DNA of 64,000 nucleotides from Bacteroidota bacterium (GTDB lineage: Bacteria; Bacteroidota; Bacteroidia; UKL13-3): NCBI GenBank assembly GCA_025359805.1, contig JANYDU010000030.1, positions 22,825 to 86,824 of the forward strand. The letters are read 5' to 3'. The first letter of the stretch is position 1. Each line of letters begins with the position of its first letter. A model generated the notes under the pieces. The model was not told where the DNA came from, made no database searches, and saw only the letters and a list, made by a program, of their open reading frames with translations. The position numbers and the translations under genes are program-made. Of this stretch, positions 29,205 to 38,349 are shown piece after piece.

Positions 29205-30599
29205 TTAGTGTTGATTTCCTTTTCCGTTTGATTGATAACAACCAATATCAATTCCAGGTTGAGTAATTTCTGTTGCGCCATAAATTGCATTAACAGGTAT
29301 TGGAGCAATTGCCGTAAAGCCTGTAAAGCCTTTTCCTATTGCAGGTGATGATGATTGTAAATGAAAATTAAAACCTGTTGCATAATTAATATCATTTAAA
29401 TGCGCAGTAGTTGAAGGCAAAGAGAAAGTAACAAACTTTGGATTATTTGCGCCTCTTAATGAAGCTGGCGGAGTATACACATCTCCTAACAAATATCCTG
29501 TTGGCAGAAATGATGGATTTGGAATATCAGTAGATTTGGGAATGGTAATATATCCTGTTGGATAAAATTGTGATGTTACATTATCAGAATCTCCATAGCG
29601 ATAATTATTTCCGTATTGCATATTAATAGTATCAGCCGCAGGGCTTCCAACAATTCTAAAAGAGAATTTACAGTTAACCATTAAATTATTATATGCAGTT
29701 CCTTTCGCTCCTTCTTCATAATTTAAACATCCACCACGCCCTGTTTGAACTTGTCTGTAACCACCATTAATATAAGTATTGTTAAACATATTTACATTGG
29801 TTTGAATTGGATTACCTCCTTTGTTGGAAGCCTTAGTTCCGTTAGTAGCTGTTCCCACAAAAAGATTATACGCCATGTCCCCAACTGTTCCACTTTTCGC
29901 ATTTAAACAATCACCACCAATATAACCTGCCTTTTCAAAAGTATTTCTCATGATATGAATTTTACCAGACTGAATACGAACAGCATCATCAATTGAGCCA
30001 TACAACCATGAATCTTCCATCACAAAGGAGCCGTTTGCATTTTGAAATAAGATGGTGTATGATTTGCTTCCTGCTTTGTTTCCATAAACAAGATACCCGT
30101 TATTGGTTCCAAAAGTAGCTCCTCCAAATTCAATATGTGTCCATTTTAAAACTAATAATGTACATGAAGTATCACAATTAATACCGCACCATTTTCCAGA
30201 GAATGCAGGGTCAACACTTGGATCTATTCCTGGCATATCAGTTTTAGTTATACCAGAAACGGAGATTTTATTTGGTTTATCTTTTGTACCTACAGAAATA
30301 AAAATTCCATACACAGCAATACTTGCCGATGCTGTTAAATTAACCGTAACACCTTCTTGTATTAAAACGGTATCACCTTTATTAATCACAACATCGCCAT
30401 CAATGGTGTATGTTTTGCCTGCCAACATGGTACCTTTAATACCACCATGTAATGGAGCGGCATCGCTAATTGGATTTGAAATTACTGGAGGAGGAACGGA
30501 AACTGTTGTAGTCTCATCTGAAGATGATTTTTTACAAGAGTTTAAGAATAGGAGGCCTGCAGATACTGCTACCAACCCTGTAATCATGATTTTGTTCAT
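29205..30599 (-). CDS. Lipoprotein, probably with a right-handed parallel beta-helix fold; partner of the upstream TonB-dependent receptor
   Basis: LFLNSCKKSSSDE lipobox with acidic residues after the Cys. Gly/Asn-rich turns recur (NNTYINGG, YNNLMVNC, MRNTFEKAG). The gene starts 29 nt after the receptor gene ends. Confidence 0.5.
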   Translation of the reverse strand: MNKIMITGLVAVSAGLLFLNSCKKSSSDETTTVSVPPPVISNPISDAAPLHGGIKGTMLAGKTYTIDGDVVINKGDTVLIQEGVTVNLTASASIAVYGIFISVGTKDKPNKISVSGITKTDMPGIDPSVDPAFSGKWCGINCDTSCTLLVLKWTHIEFGGATFGTNNGYLVYGNKAGSKSYTILFQNANGSFVMEDSWLYGSIDDAVRIQSGKIHIMRNTFEKAGYIGGDCLNAKSGTVGDMAYNLFVGTATNGTKASNKGGNPIQTNVNMFNNTYINGGYRQVQTGRGGCLNYEEGAKGTAYNNLMVNCKFSFRIVGSPAADTINMQYGNNYRYGDSDNVTSQFYPTGYITIPKSTDIPNPSFLPTGYLLGDVYTPPASLRGANNPKFVTFSLPSTTAHLNDINYATGFNFHLQSSSPAIGKGFTGFTAIAPIPVNAIYGATEITQPGIDIGCYQSNGKGNQH

Positions 30600-30628
30600 T
30601 TTGTTTAGTGTTTAATTTATGGTTTTTT

Positions 30629-33466
30629 TTATAATTTAAATCGTAATCCTAATAAATAAGTTTGTCCGTAATAATCTTTTTGAACAATAATACTATCATC
30701 ACTATCTTGATTTGGAAGTGCTGAAATTCCTGTTCTATAAATATTGTGTTGACGAATTTCAAGTATGTATGGAGTATTAAGAATATTACCAATTTTACAG
30801 TAAATAGAAATTCTTTTATAGAGTCGTTTCTCCATCGAAAAATCCATCGTTGTCATCGCTCTTTGCCAATAATCTTGGCCCGCATATTGTGAAATTAAAT
30901 TGATACGGCTTCCTGTGTAAACCAATGCCAACTGAACATCAAGCCCAAGTTTTGAATTCTTATATAGTAACGATGCATTTCCAATATGAGCTGATTGACC
31001 TTGCAATGGGCGGGTTTCCGAAACTTGATAATTTGTTATAGAACCCGATGGGTATGAATTACGTGTTACAAAAGTTCTATTAACTGTGATAGAAGAATTG
31101 GTATAAGTATAATTTACAGATGCTCCAAAATATCCAATGTATTTTGTAACCACAGCTTCAAAACCAAAGTTTACTGCATTGCCATAATTAGTTGGTTTAA
31201 GAATAGTGTTTGAAATTCCATTCTGAAAATAGGCATACTCTACAGGATTTATAATGTCTTTATAAAACACACCAAATAAAATTTGATCCAATCCTTTACC
31301 TAAAAACTCATATCTAATATCATAATTATTTGCCTGTGTATGCTTTAAAAGTGGATTACCTGATTCATCAAAATATTCTCCTGTTATGGTAAAAGGAATA
31401 ATCTCATAATAACTTGGTCGGCTAATCGAAGCATAGTATGATGCTCTGATATTTTGATTTTTAGTTAATGAATATTTTAAATGAAAGCTAGGTAAAATAT
31501 CCATGTATGTTTTACTTCCAGTTTTGCCTGCTTGAGTTATGGGAATTGCTGTTTCAAAACTTTGAGAAGTATTTTCTACCCTCACTCCGCCAATTAATTG
31601 AAGTTTAGTAATTGGGGTAAATTTTAATTGCCCGTAGTAGGCTGAAATATCTTCATTAAAAGTGTAATTATTGGCATCATTGGCAGAAGTATTAGAATAT
31701 AATTTCCACGTAATTTGATCTATACTATTATTATAATCATTGTTATTAAATTTAGTAGAGGCCACTGCTGAATTTAAAACTGTTTCGTCATAAAAATTAT
31801 CACGCGTTTTATGCCTATACATACCTCCTACTTTTATTTCAATATCCGTTTTAAAAATATGAGGAGTGTATGTTACATTAACATATCCCGATAAATCTTT
31901 ATCCGTATTATGCATCCAATAATGATGCGCTTTATTTATAGTTGCTGATGCCGCCCCTGTACTATCAGGTTTATATGATTGATATTGATTATCCCATTGA
32001 GTCCAATCAGGAGTTTGGCTACTTGCCACAGAGTATGCACCAATCCAATCTACTTTTAAATTAGATGAAATATCGTGATCGCCATGCAAGGTTCCATTAT
32101 AAATTGTTTGATTGGTTTGTTTAAATCTGTAATACCTTGTTACAATTGTTTGTGCCGGACCTGTTCTATGAATTTGCCAATCCGAATCAATAATAGTTCT
32201 CACAGAAGCTTCATTTAATTGAACCAATAAATTATAGAAACTTATTTTATTTTTTTTGTTGATTTGGTAATCAATTTTAGCATTTAAACCAATACGTGTT
32301 TGTTGTGTTGAATAATTTCTGCTTTGCACAAAATTCATTGCAGGGGCATTACCCGGAGCCGGATCAGCTTGCGTAGATGCATTTGGTAACACTACAAAAG
32401 AGTTAGTTGCTCTATAATTATTGGCATAAGAACCTGCAACTAAAACGCCCAATTTTTTATTAAAAAATCTGTTCCCTAATGTTACTCCAAACATTGAATT
32501 AGTAGGTGCAGTAATATCGGTATATTTCATACTCGAATTTGGAAAATCAGAACCTACAGGTTTATAATTTGGTCCGTTTATTTCAATAGGTGATTTAGGA
32601 TTGGACGATTTAAAATCATAACTATTATATCCTCTATCAAAAAGTAATTGACTATAACCTATTGCAACATTTGCATTCACTAATAATTTATCAGGTGCAT
32701 TTTTCATTACCATATTCATTGCACCACCAATTGCATCACCTTCCATACTTGGAGTTAAAGCTTTTATTACTTCTAAACGTTCTAATAAATCAGATGGGAA
32801 AATATCCATTGGAACATATCTGTTTTTAGGGTCAGGACTTGGAATTTTTATCCCATTTACTAAGGTATAATTATACCGTTTGTCCATTCCTCTAATAATG
32901 GCATATTGCCCATCACCTGTACTACTGCGCTCAATTGACACACCTGAAACACGTTGTAATACATTGGCAACAGTGAGATCTGGAGAGATTTGAATAGCTT
33001 TTGCTGAAACAGAATTAATAATGCTTGGCGCATTCATTTCAGTTTTTCGAGAAAATAAATCTGACTCTTTATTTATGGAAGAATCTCTAACACTTATTTC
33101 ATCTATTTCTGTTGAAGTTGATTCCATCAAAAATTTAATTTCAACTTCCTTATCACCCTGTTTTATTTCAACTTCCTTTTCTTGATTTTTATATCCAACA
33201 TAATTACAACCAACAATATATTTACCAGGAGTAATTCCTCTAATTTTAAATTCTCCTTCGAGATTCGTAGCTGTATTTAATTTTGTATTTTTTACATAAA
33301 TACTTGCACCTATAAGAATTTCTTTTGTTTTAGAATCACGTACTTTACCCTCCAATTTAACACCATTTGGAGTTCCGTCATTTGTGGATGCGAGAGCCAA
33401 TAATGAAAATGAAAAGAAGAATAAAAACAAACCGTAATGAATATGCTTAGTAAAATTTGATTGCAT
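30629..33466 (-). CDS. TonB-dependent receptor (CarboxypepD_reg-like + plug + 22-strand barrel), not SusC-type
   Basis: 945 aa. The N-terminus has GKVRDSKTKEILIGASIYV. Plug motifs are GVSIERSS...IRGMD. The C-terminal strand ends in LGLRFKL. Confidence 0.85.
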   Translation of the reverse strand: MQSNFTKHIHYGLFLFFFSFSLLALASTNDGTPNGVKLEGKVRDSKTKEILIGASIYVKNTKLNTATNLEGEFKIRGITPGKYIVGCNYVGYKNQEKEVEIKQGDKEVEIKFLMESTSTEIDEISVRDSSINKESDLFSRKTEMNAPSIINSVSAKAIQISPDLTVANVLQRVSGVSIERSSTGDGQYAIIRGMDKRYNYTLVNGIKIPSPDPKNRYVPMDIFPSDLLERLEVIKALTPSMEGDAIGGAMNMVMKNAPDKLLVNANVAIGYSQLLFDRGYNSYDFKSSNPKSPIEINGPNYKPVGSDFPNSSMKYTDITAPTNSMFGVTLGNRFFNKKLGVLVAGSYANNYRATNSFVVLPNASTQADPAPGNAPAMNFVQSRNYSTQQTRIGLNAKIDYQINKKNKISFYNLLVQLNEASVRTIIDSDWQIHRTGPAQTIVTRYYRFKQTNQTIYNGTLHGDHDISSNLKVDWIGAYSVASSQTPDWTQWDNQYQSYKPDSTGAASATINKAHHYWMHNTDKDLSGYVNVTYTPHIFKTDIEIKVGGMYRHKTRDNFYDETVLNSAVASTKFNNNDYNNSIDQITWKLYSNTSANDANNYTFNEDISAYYGQLKFTPITKLQLIGGVRVENTSQSFETAIPITQAGKTGSKTYMDILPSFHLKYSLTKNQNIRASYYASISRPSYYEIIPFTITGEYFDESGNPLLKHTQANNYDIRYEFLGKGLDQILFGVFYKDIINPVEYAYFQNGISNTILKPTNYGNAVNFGFEAVVTKYIGYFGASVNYTYTNSSITVNRTFVTRNSYPSGSITNYQVSETRPLQGQSAHIGNASLLYKNSKLGLDVQLALVYTGSRINLISQYAGQDYWQRAMTTMDFSMEKRLYKRISIYCKIGNILNTPYILEIRQHNIYRTGISALPNQDSDDSIIVQKDYYGQTYLLGLRFKL

Positions 33467-33671
33467 GTGTTACAAATAATTTTGGCGCAATTAGAGGTAT
33501 ATTTTTGAAGTAAATTTTATCTCCAAATGATTTAATCAAATGATAACTGCACGTTAAGAATTAAGTAATTTAAAAATGCCATTTACTTAACCTTTCATTC
33601 ACATTGAAATTCGTACATATTATTTTTATGTTAATTTAACCACAACCTATAAATAGCATAATTATAGACTG

Positions 33672-33679
33672 TAGGTTTG
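33672..33679 (+). promoter_or_regulatory. Candidate -7 box for the EEP gene
   Basis: TAGGTTTG matches TAnnTTTG and ends 21 nt before the ATG at 33701. No clear -33 TTG is present. Confidence 0.3.
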
Positions 33680-33700
33680 TTGATTAATTATTATTGAATA

Positions 33701-35086
33701 ATGAAAAAAATAAGCCTTATAGTGCTATTTGCTTTTACAATTTCTATTCATACAAAAGCTCAAAACGATACCTTAAAAGTAATGACCTATAATGTGTTGA
33801 ATTATGGAGATGAATGTCAGGGGAAAAATAAAGTGATGCGAAATTATCTTACAAAAATTATCAGTTTCACTCAACCTGATATTTTAGGATTGGTAAAAAT
33901 GCTTCCCATAAAAAGAACGCCTACAGATATTAATGGTTATTTACCAACAGATTTTTGTGATTCGATGGTTCAATACGTACTTAACCCGGCAGGAAATATT
34001 TCATACGGTTATTGCCAATATACCAATGAGGCCAGAGGTGGAGATATGAATGTTTTATTTTATAACAAAGAGAAATTAGCCAATATTTACACCAGAGTTT
34101 TAACGGTAAATGTAACTGATTTTGATTTGTATAAATTTTATTATAAAGATATAAATTTAGCTACAACACATGATACCACATTTTTATATATAGTATTATT
34201 TCATACACAATCTGGCTCTGATGCAACGGTAAGAAATATACAACTTACATCTACATATAATGCTATTAAAAATCGCTTTACATCATTACCCAATATGATT
34301 ATGATGGGCGATTTTAACTTACGTAGCAGCAGTGAAATTTGTTATAACCAATTAGTAAATTCAACGGACACTTCTTTTAAATTTAGCGACCCACCATTTG
34401 CCATTGACGGTACTTTTACTTATCCCGCAAATTGGCAAGGAAGTCCTGCTTACAGTTCATATATGACTACATCAACACGTATAGATTTAGTTCACCCTAA
34501 TGCTTGCGGAACAGATGGTGGAGGAAAAGATTGGTACGATCATATTTTGTTTTCGCCATGGATGGTAAAAGGAAATAATTACATGAGTTATGTTCCACAC
34601 TCATATCAAACAATTGGTAATGATGGAAAAAGATTTGGTGTTTCTGTAAACGACAGTTCAACAAATGGAAAAAACACTTCTGCACCAGCTGATATAATTA
34701 ATGCCCTATTTCAGCTATCAAATAAATATCCTGTAGTTTCAAAAATTTTAGTACGAAGTAACACTAATGGACTAAGCCCTGTCGATCCTCATGAAACTAC
34801 AACTGGTATTGCCGAATTATTAGTTGATGAAAGAAAAATTTCTATCTCAAATCCTACAGAAAATTTGTTGCATATTTTTACAAATGAACATCTCATCAAC
34901 AAAAATATTACCTTATTAATTACTGATTTAAGTGGAAAAGAAATTTTCAAAACATCAGTAAAAATTGAATCGCTAAATCAAACCGTTGATATTTCTAAAA
35001 TACATTCTGGATTTTTTATTGCGTCATTTATTTTTGATGATAACCAAACTTCAATCAGTAAAAAATTAATTAAAACTGAAGACTAA
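33701..35086 (+). CDS. Endonuclease/exonuclease/phosphatase (EEP) family protein with a T9SS type-A C-terminal sorting domain
   Basis: Signal peptide, then EEP motifs (VMTYNVLNYG, MMGDFN, YDHILFSP). The ~80-aa tail is ISNPTENLLHIF...ITDLSGKEIF...GFFIASF. Confidence 0.75.
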   Translation: MKKISLIVLFAFTISIHTKAQNDTLKVMTYNVLNYGDECQGKNKVMRNYLTKIISFTQPDILGLVKMLPIKRTPTDINGYLPTDFCDSMVQYVLNPAGNISYGYCQYTNEARGGDMNVLFYNKEKLANIYTRVLTVNVTDFDLYKFYYKDINLATTHDTTFLYIVLFHTQSGSDATVRNIQLTSTYNAIKNRFTSLPNMIMMGDFNLRSSSEICYNQLVNSTDTSFKFSDPPFAIDGTFTYPANWQGSPAYSSYMTTSTRIDLVHPNACGTDGGGKDWYDHILFSPWMVKGNNYMSYVPHSYQTIGNDGKRFGVSVNDSSTNGKNTSAPADIINALFQLSNKYPVVSKILVRSNTNGLSPVDPHETTTGIAELLVDERKISISNPTENLLHIFTNEHLINKNITLLITDLSGKEIFKTSVKIESLNQTVDISKIHSGFFIASFIFDDNQTSISKKLIKTED

Positions 35087-35212
35087 TTTTTGATGAAGCG
35101 TCTATCTTTATATTATCAAAAGTATTGATATTAAAATTTATAATTTAACACCTCAATAACATAATCATAATGTTACAATATTCATTTTGCTTGATAAAAA
35201 AATCAAACTAAA

Positions 35213-38194
35213 ATGAAAAAAATTCTATTCAACTTATTATCATTATCACTTGTTATACTTTCGGCAAATGAAAGTAAAGCACAACAAACTTTAATTCATT
35301 ATTGGCATTTTAATAATCTCGTTAATCCTATTCCTACAGGTGCTGTTAGTCCATCTACCTTACCTAGTATTAAAGCTGATTTTTCAACAATTGATACAAA
35401 TAAAGCAGTTGTTTCTTATCAGATTCTTGCAGGAACGGTTGGAAATGCAAAAACCTATTGGGATTTCGTTTCACCTGGTGATACAATTAACTCACGTTTA
35501 GGTGTTGTTGCTGGTTTAGGTTTTAGACCACGTAACCCAAGTGATAGTATGCAATTGGTATTTTATATTCCTTCTACAGGCTTTCAAAATTTAAATCTCA
35601 AATGGGAGGTGCAACGTTCAAGTGTTGGTGGTGGTGCTCCTCAGTTGATTTATGATTATAGTATTGATAGTGGTGCAACTTGGAAAAACTCAGGTCTATC
35701 CATAACAATTGATTCTACAGGATATGCCACTTGGAAAGCCATGTCAGTATCAATTAATAATGATGCGTTAGCATATGGAAACAGTAAACTGATTTTTAGA
35801 ATGCGATTTGCTGGACCAACCAATATAGGTACATCAGGTAACGTGCGATTTGATAATTTTACTGTAGAAGGAGATCCAATACCAACTGGTCCTAAATTTT
35901 ATAATATTGGTCAAATCAACACAACAAATCCAACAACTGGAGTTGCCGATTCATTAAACGGACATTATACCATTAGAGGTTTAGTGTATGGATTTAATCA
36001 AAGAACACCAAGTGCTGGTGCTACTTTTTTATTAAGAGATAATACTGGTGGTGTTACCGTATTTAATGTATCAAAAACTTTTGGTTACACGGTTACTGAA
36101 GGTGATAGTATTGTTGTTCCTGGAGTTGTTCAATCATTTAGAGGACTTATTGAATTTGCTCCTGATACCATTATTAAAATTGCATCGGGCAAAACCATTA
36201 AAACGCCAACTATTATAACTACATTAGGAGAAGCCAACGAAAATGATTTAGTTAAAATGAATAACTTAGTATTTTACACCACTCCATCTGGAGCAAATTG
36301 GCCAACAGCATCTACCAATATTTTATGTCATACTCAAAATTTAACGGATACAATTATTGTTCGTGTTTTGGCTGGAAGTGCTTTAGCAGGAACCGCATTA
36401 CCTTCATCAAGTTTATTTAATGTAACAGGGATGGTTCAACAATTTAGCACAAGCAGTGCTGCACCTTTTGCATTTAATGGATATGAAATTTTACCACGAA
36501 CAGCATCAGACATTTTATCGGGATTAGCTCCTCCTGATGCAGTAACAAATATTACTTCAACATCAAATTTAACAACACAAACTTTTAGTTGGACAAAACC
36601 TTCAACTTACATTGATGCAAGTATGACTACACTTGTTTTTATAAAATCAGGAAATGCAATTACACAAGGAACACCAAATAAAAATGCAATTTCATATACT
36701 GCAAATTCTGTTTTCGGATCGGGCACTTCATATCAAAATGATGTTGCTGCAAAATGTGTATTAAACTCCGATAACAGTTCAATTACAGTTACAGGTTTAA
36801 CTCAAGGAACTGCCTATTATGCTTTAGTATATGTAGCGAGAAATACCGATTCTGTTTATTCAACTGCGGCAATTGCTAATGCAACTACAACAGATAATTT
36901 ACCAATTTCGGTAACCGCTATTTCTGTTACTGGAACAACTGCAACATCAGCAACAATTAAATGGACTAAACCTGTAGGATATGATAATGCTGCACATTCA
37001 ACAATTGTTTTTGTAAAAGCTGATAATGTTATCACAGCAGGAACACCAACTAATACAGTTGCAAGCTATACTGCAAATACAACTTTTGGTTCGGGAGCTA
37101 TTTATCAAAATGATGCTGCTGCATTTTGTGTATTTAATAATGATACCAATACTGTTACCGTTTCAAATCTTATTCAAGGAAAAACATATAATGTAATTGT
37201 TTGGGTGGTGAGAGATGCCGATTCAAAATATGCAACTACACCAACAATAGGAAGCGGATCACCATTACCTCCTCCTCCACCTCCATCAAGCATTAAACTT
37301 ATTCACTACTGGAACTTCAATAATATAAATACAGGAACTGCGGGTGCTACCGTTGCAAACTCTTTCAAAGATTGGGCTGTTGAAGCAGACTACTCTTCAT
37401 TAGATACTGCAAAAGCAAAAATATACTACAGAACATATCCTGGAACTTCAGATGCATATATGACTTATTGGGATGCAGTAACTGGCGATACAACAAACCA
37501 ACGCATGAATGCAATTGCAGGAAACGGAATGAGAACACGTAACCCAAGCGATAGCATGCAAGTACTTTTTTATATTCCAACATCACATTACAAGAATATT
37601 AAAATCAGTTATGCTTGTCAAAAATCAAGTGTTGCTTCTGGTGCTTATCAACAAAATTATTCTTATAGTATTGATGGCGGGCAAAATTGGAAAACAACAG
37701 GTTTATCAAAAACTTCTGACTCAACTGCAGGTATTGCATATACACGTATGGGTGTTAATTTTACCACTGCCGATACCATGGCTTATAACAATCCAAACTT
37801 AGTTTTTAGAATTAGATTTGCTGTTGACCCAACAGGTACTATTGGTAATCCAGCGGGTTCATCAGGTAATAATCGTTTTGATAATTTTGCTGTGGAAGGA
37901 GATACTACAACTGTTTCTCCACTAACCGATCATACAGGAATTTTTGAAACTACGAATTCAATTTCTGAAGTTTATTTGTATCCTAATCCATCTACAAATA
38001 ATATTACCATTAGCACCAATTCAAGTGAAATAAAAACAATTGTGATTATGAATATTGCAGGACAAGAATTATACAATTTAAAACAAGAAGGTAAAGATAT
38101 TACTGTTGATGTTTCGAATTTTAGAAGCGGTATTTATTTTGTAAATGTGATTGAAGGAAATAAAAATTACAGAACTAAATTCATTAAAAATTAA
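35213..38194 (+). CDS. Modular T9SS cargo/surface protein, 993 aa: HYW-domain, OB-fold-like module, 2 FN3-like repeats, poly-Pro, HYW-domain, T9SS CTD
   Basis: Signal peptide. Internal duplication: residues ~27-221 resemble ~696-897. The P7 linker is at 37270-37290. The tail is LYPNPSTNNITI...IMNIAGQELY...GIYFVNV. Confidence 0.8.
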   Translation: MKKILFNLLSLSLVILSANESKAQQTLIHYWHFNNLVNPIPTGAVSPSTLPSIKADFSTIDTNKAVVSYQILAGTVGNAKTYWDFVSPGDTINSRLGVVAGLGFRPRNPSDSMQLVFYIPSTGFQNLNLKWEVQRSSVGGGAPQLIYDYSIDSGATWKNSGLSITIDSTGYATWKAMSVSINNDALAYGNSKLIFRMRFAGPTNIGTSGNVRFDNFTVEGDPIPTGPKFYNIGQINTTNPTTGVADSLNGHYTIRGLVYGFNQRTPSAGATFLLRDNTGGVTVFNVSKTFGYTVTEGDSIVVPGVVQSFRGLIEFAPDTIIKIASGKTIKTPTIITTLGEANENDLVKMNNLVFYTTPSGANWPTASTNILCHTQNLTDTIIVRVLAGSALAGTALPSSSLFNVTGMVQQFSTSSAAPFAFNGYEILPRTASDILSGLAPPDAVTNITSTSNLTTQTFSWTKPSTYIDASMTTLVFIKSGNAITQGTPNKNAISYTANSVFGSGTSYQNDVAAKCVLNSDNSSITVTGLTQGTAYYALVYVARNTDSVYSTAAIANATTTDNLPISVTAISVTGTTATSATIKWTKPVGYDNAAHSTIVFVKADNVITAGTPTNTVASYTANTTFGSGAIYQNDAAAFCVFNNDTNTVTVSNLIQGKTYNVIVWVVRDADSKYATTPTIGSGSPLPPPPPPSSIKLIHYWNFNNINTGTAGATVANSFKDWAVEADYSSLDTAKAKIYYRTYPGTSDAYMTYWDAVTGDTTNQRMNAIAGNGMRTRNPSDSMQVLFYIPTSHYKNIKISYACQKSSVASGAYQQNYSYSIDGGQNWKTTGLSKTSDSTAGIAYTRMGVNFTTADTMAYNNPNLVFRIRFAVDPTGTIGNPAGSSGNNRFDNFAVEGDTTTVSPLTDHTGIFETTNSISEVYLYPNPSTNNITISTNSSEIKTIVIMNIAGQELYNLKQEGKDITVDVSNFRSGIYFVNVIEGNKNYRTKFIKN
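35291..35875 (+). repeat. HYW-domain copy 1 (LIHYWHFNN ... RPRNPSDSMQ ... RFDNFTVEGD)
   Basis: Roughly two-thirds aa identity (by eye) to copy 3. It shares the exact 24-nt string cgtaacccaagtgatagtatgcaa with copy 3. Confidence 0.8.
36530..37260 (+). repeat. Two FN3-like coding repeats (period 372 nt) of the family expanded at 60836-63876
   Basis: The W codons of the WTKP motif are at 36590 and 36962. Both copies carry YQNDxxAxC. Confidence 0.8.
37298..37903 (+). repeat. HYW-domain copy 2 (LIHYWNFNN ... RTRNPSDSMQ ... RFDNFAVEGD)
   Basis: More diverged than copies 1 and 3, but colinear with them. Confidence 0.75.
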
Positions 38195-38216
38195 TTTTAG
38201 TTTTATCATAAAACAG

Positions 38217-38250
38217 AAGCAGGTTATCCAAATGGATAGCCTGCTTTTTT
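38217..38250 (+). terminator. Rho-independent terminator after the 993-aa gene
   Basis: AGCAGGTTATCC-AAAT-GGATAGCCTGCT (one wobble pair) followed by TTTTTT. Confidence 0.7.
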
Positions 38251-38349
38251 GTGATTAGACTTTTAAATAACACGAATTGATTTATATTATTTACTTAATA
38301 TGAAAATAACATTTACCTAACAGCACAAATTTAGTTTCGCAAAAAAAAT

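Noticed and set aside
30103-30615. 170-aa plus-strand ORF
   Set aside because: It lies entirely antisense within the beta-helix lipoprotein gene, which has a signal peptide/lipobox and operon context. The antisense frame has no start context or motifs.
33524-33544. CAAATGAT direct repeat (period 13) in the divergent TBDR/EEP promoter region
   Set aside because: Only two 8-mers are involved. In DNA this AT-rich, roughly one such pair is expected by chance in a region of this size. It was noted as a possible regulator site but is not supportable.
33467-33700. Possible cobalamin or other riboswitch in the leader of the TonB-dependent receptor (also 56403-56658 upstream of the permease)
   Set aside because: The leaders are extremely AT-rich. 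They lack any B12-box-like GC-rich core or other conserved riboswitch motifs recognisable by eye.
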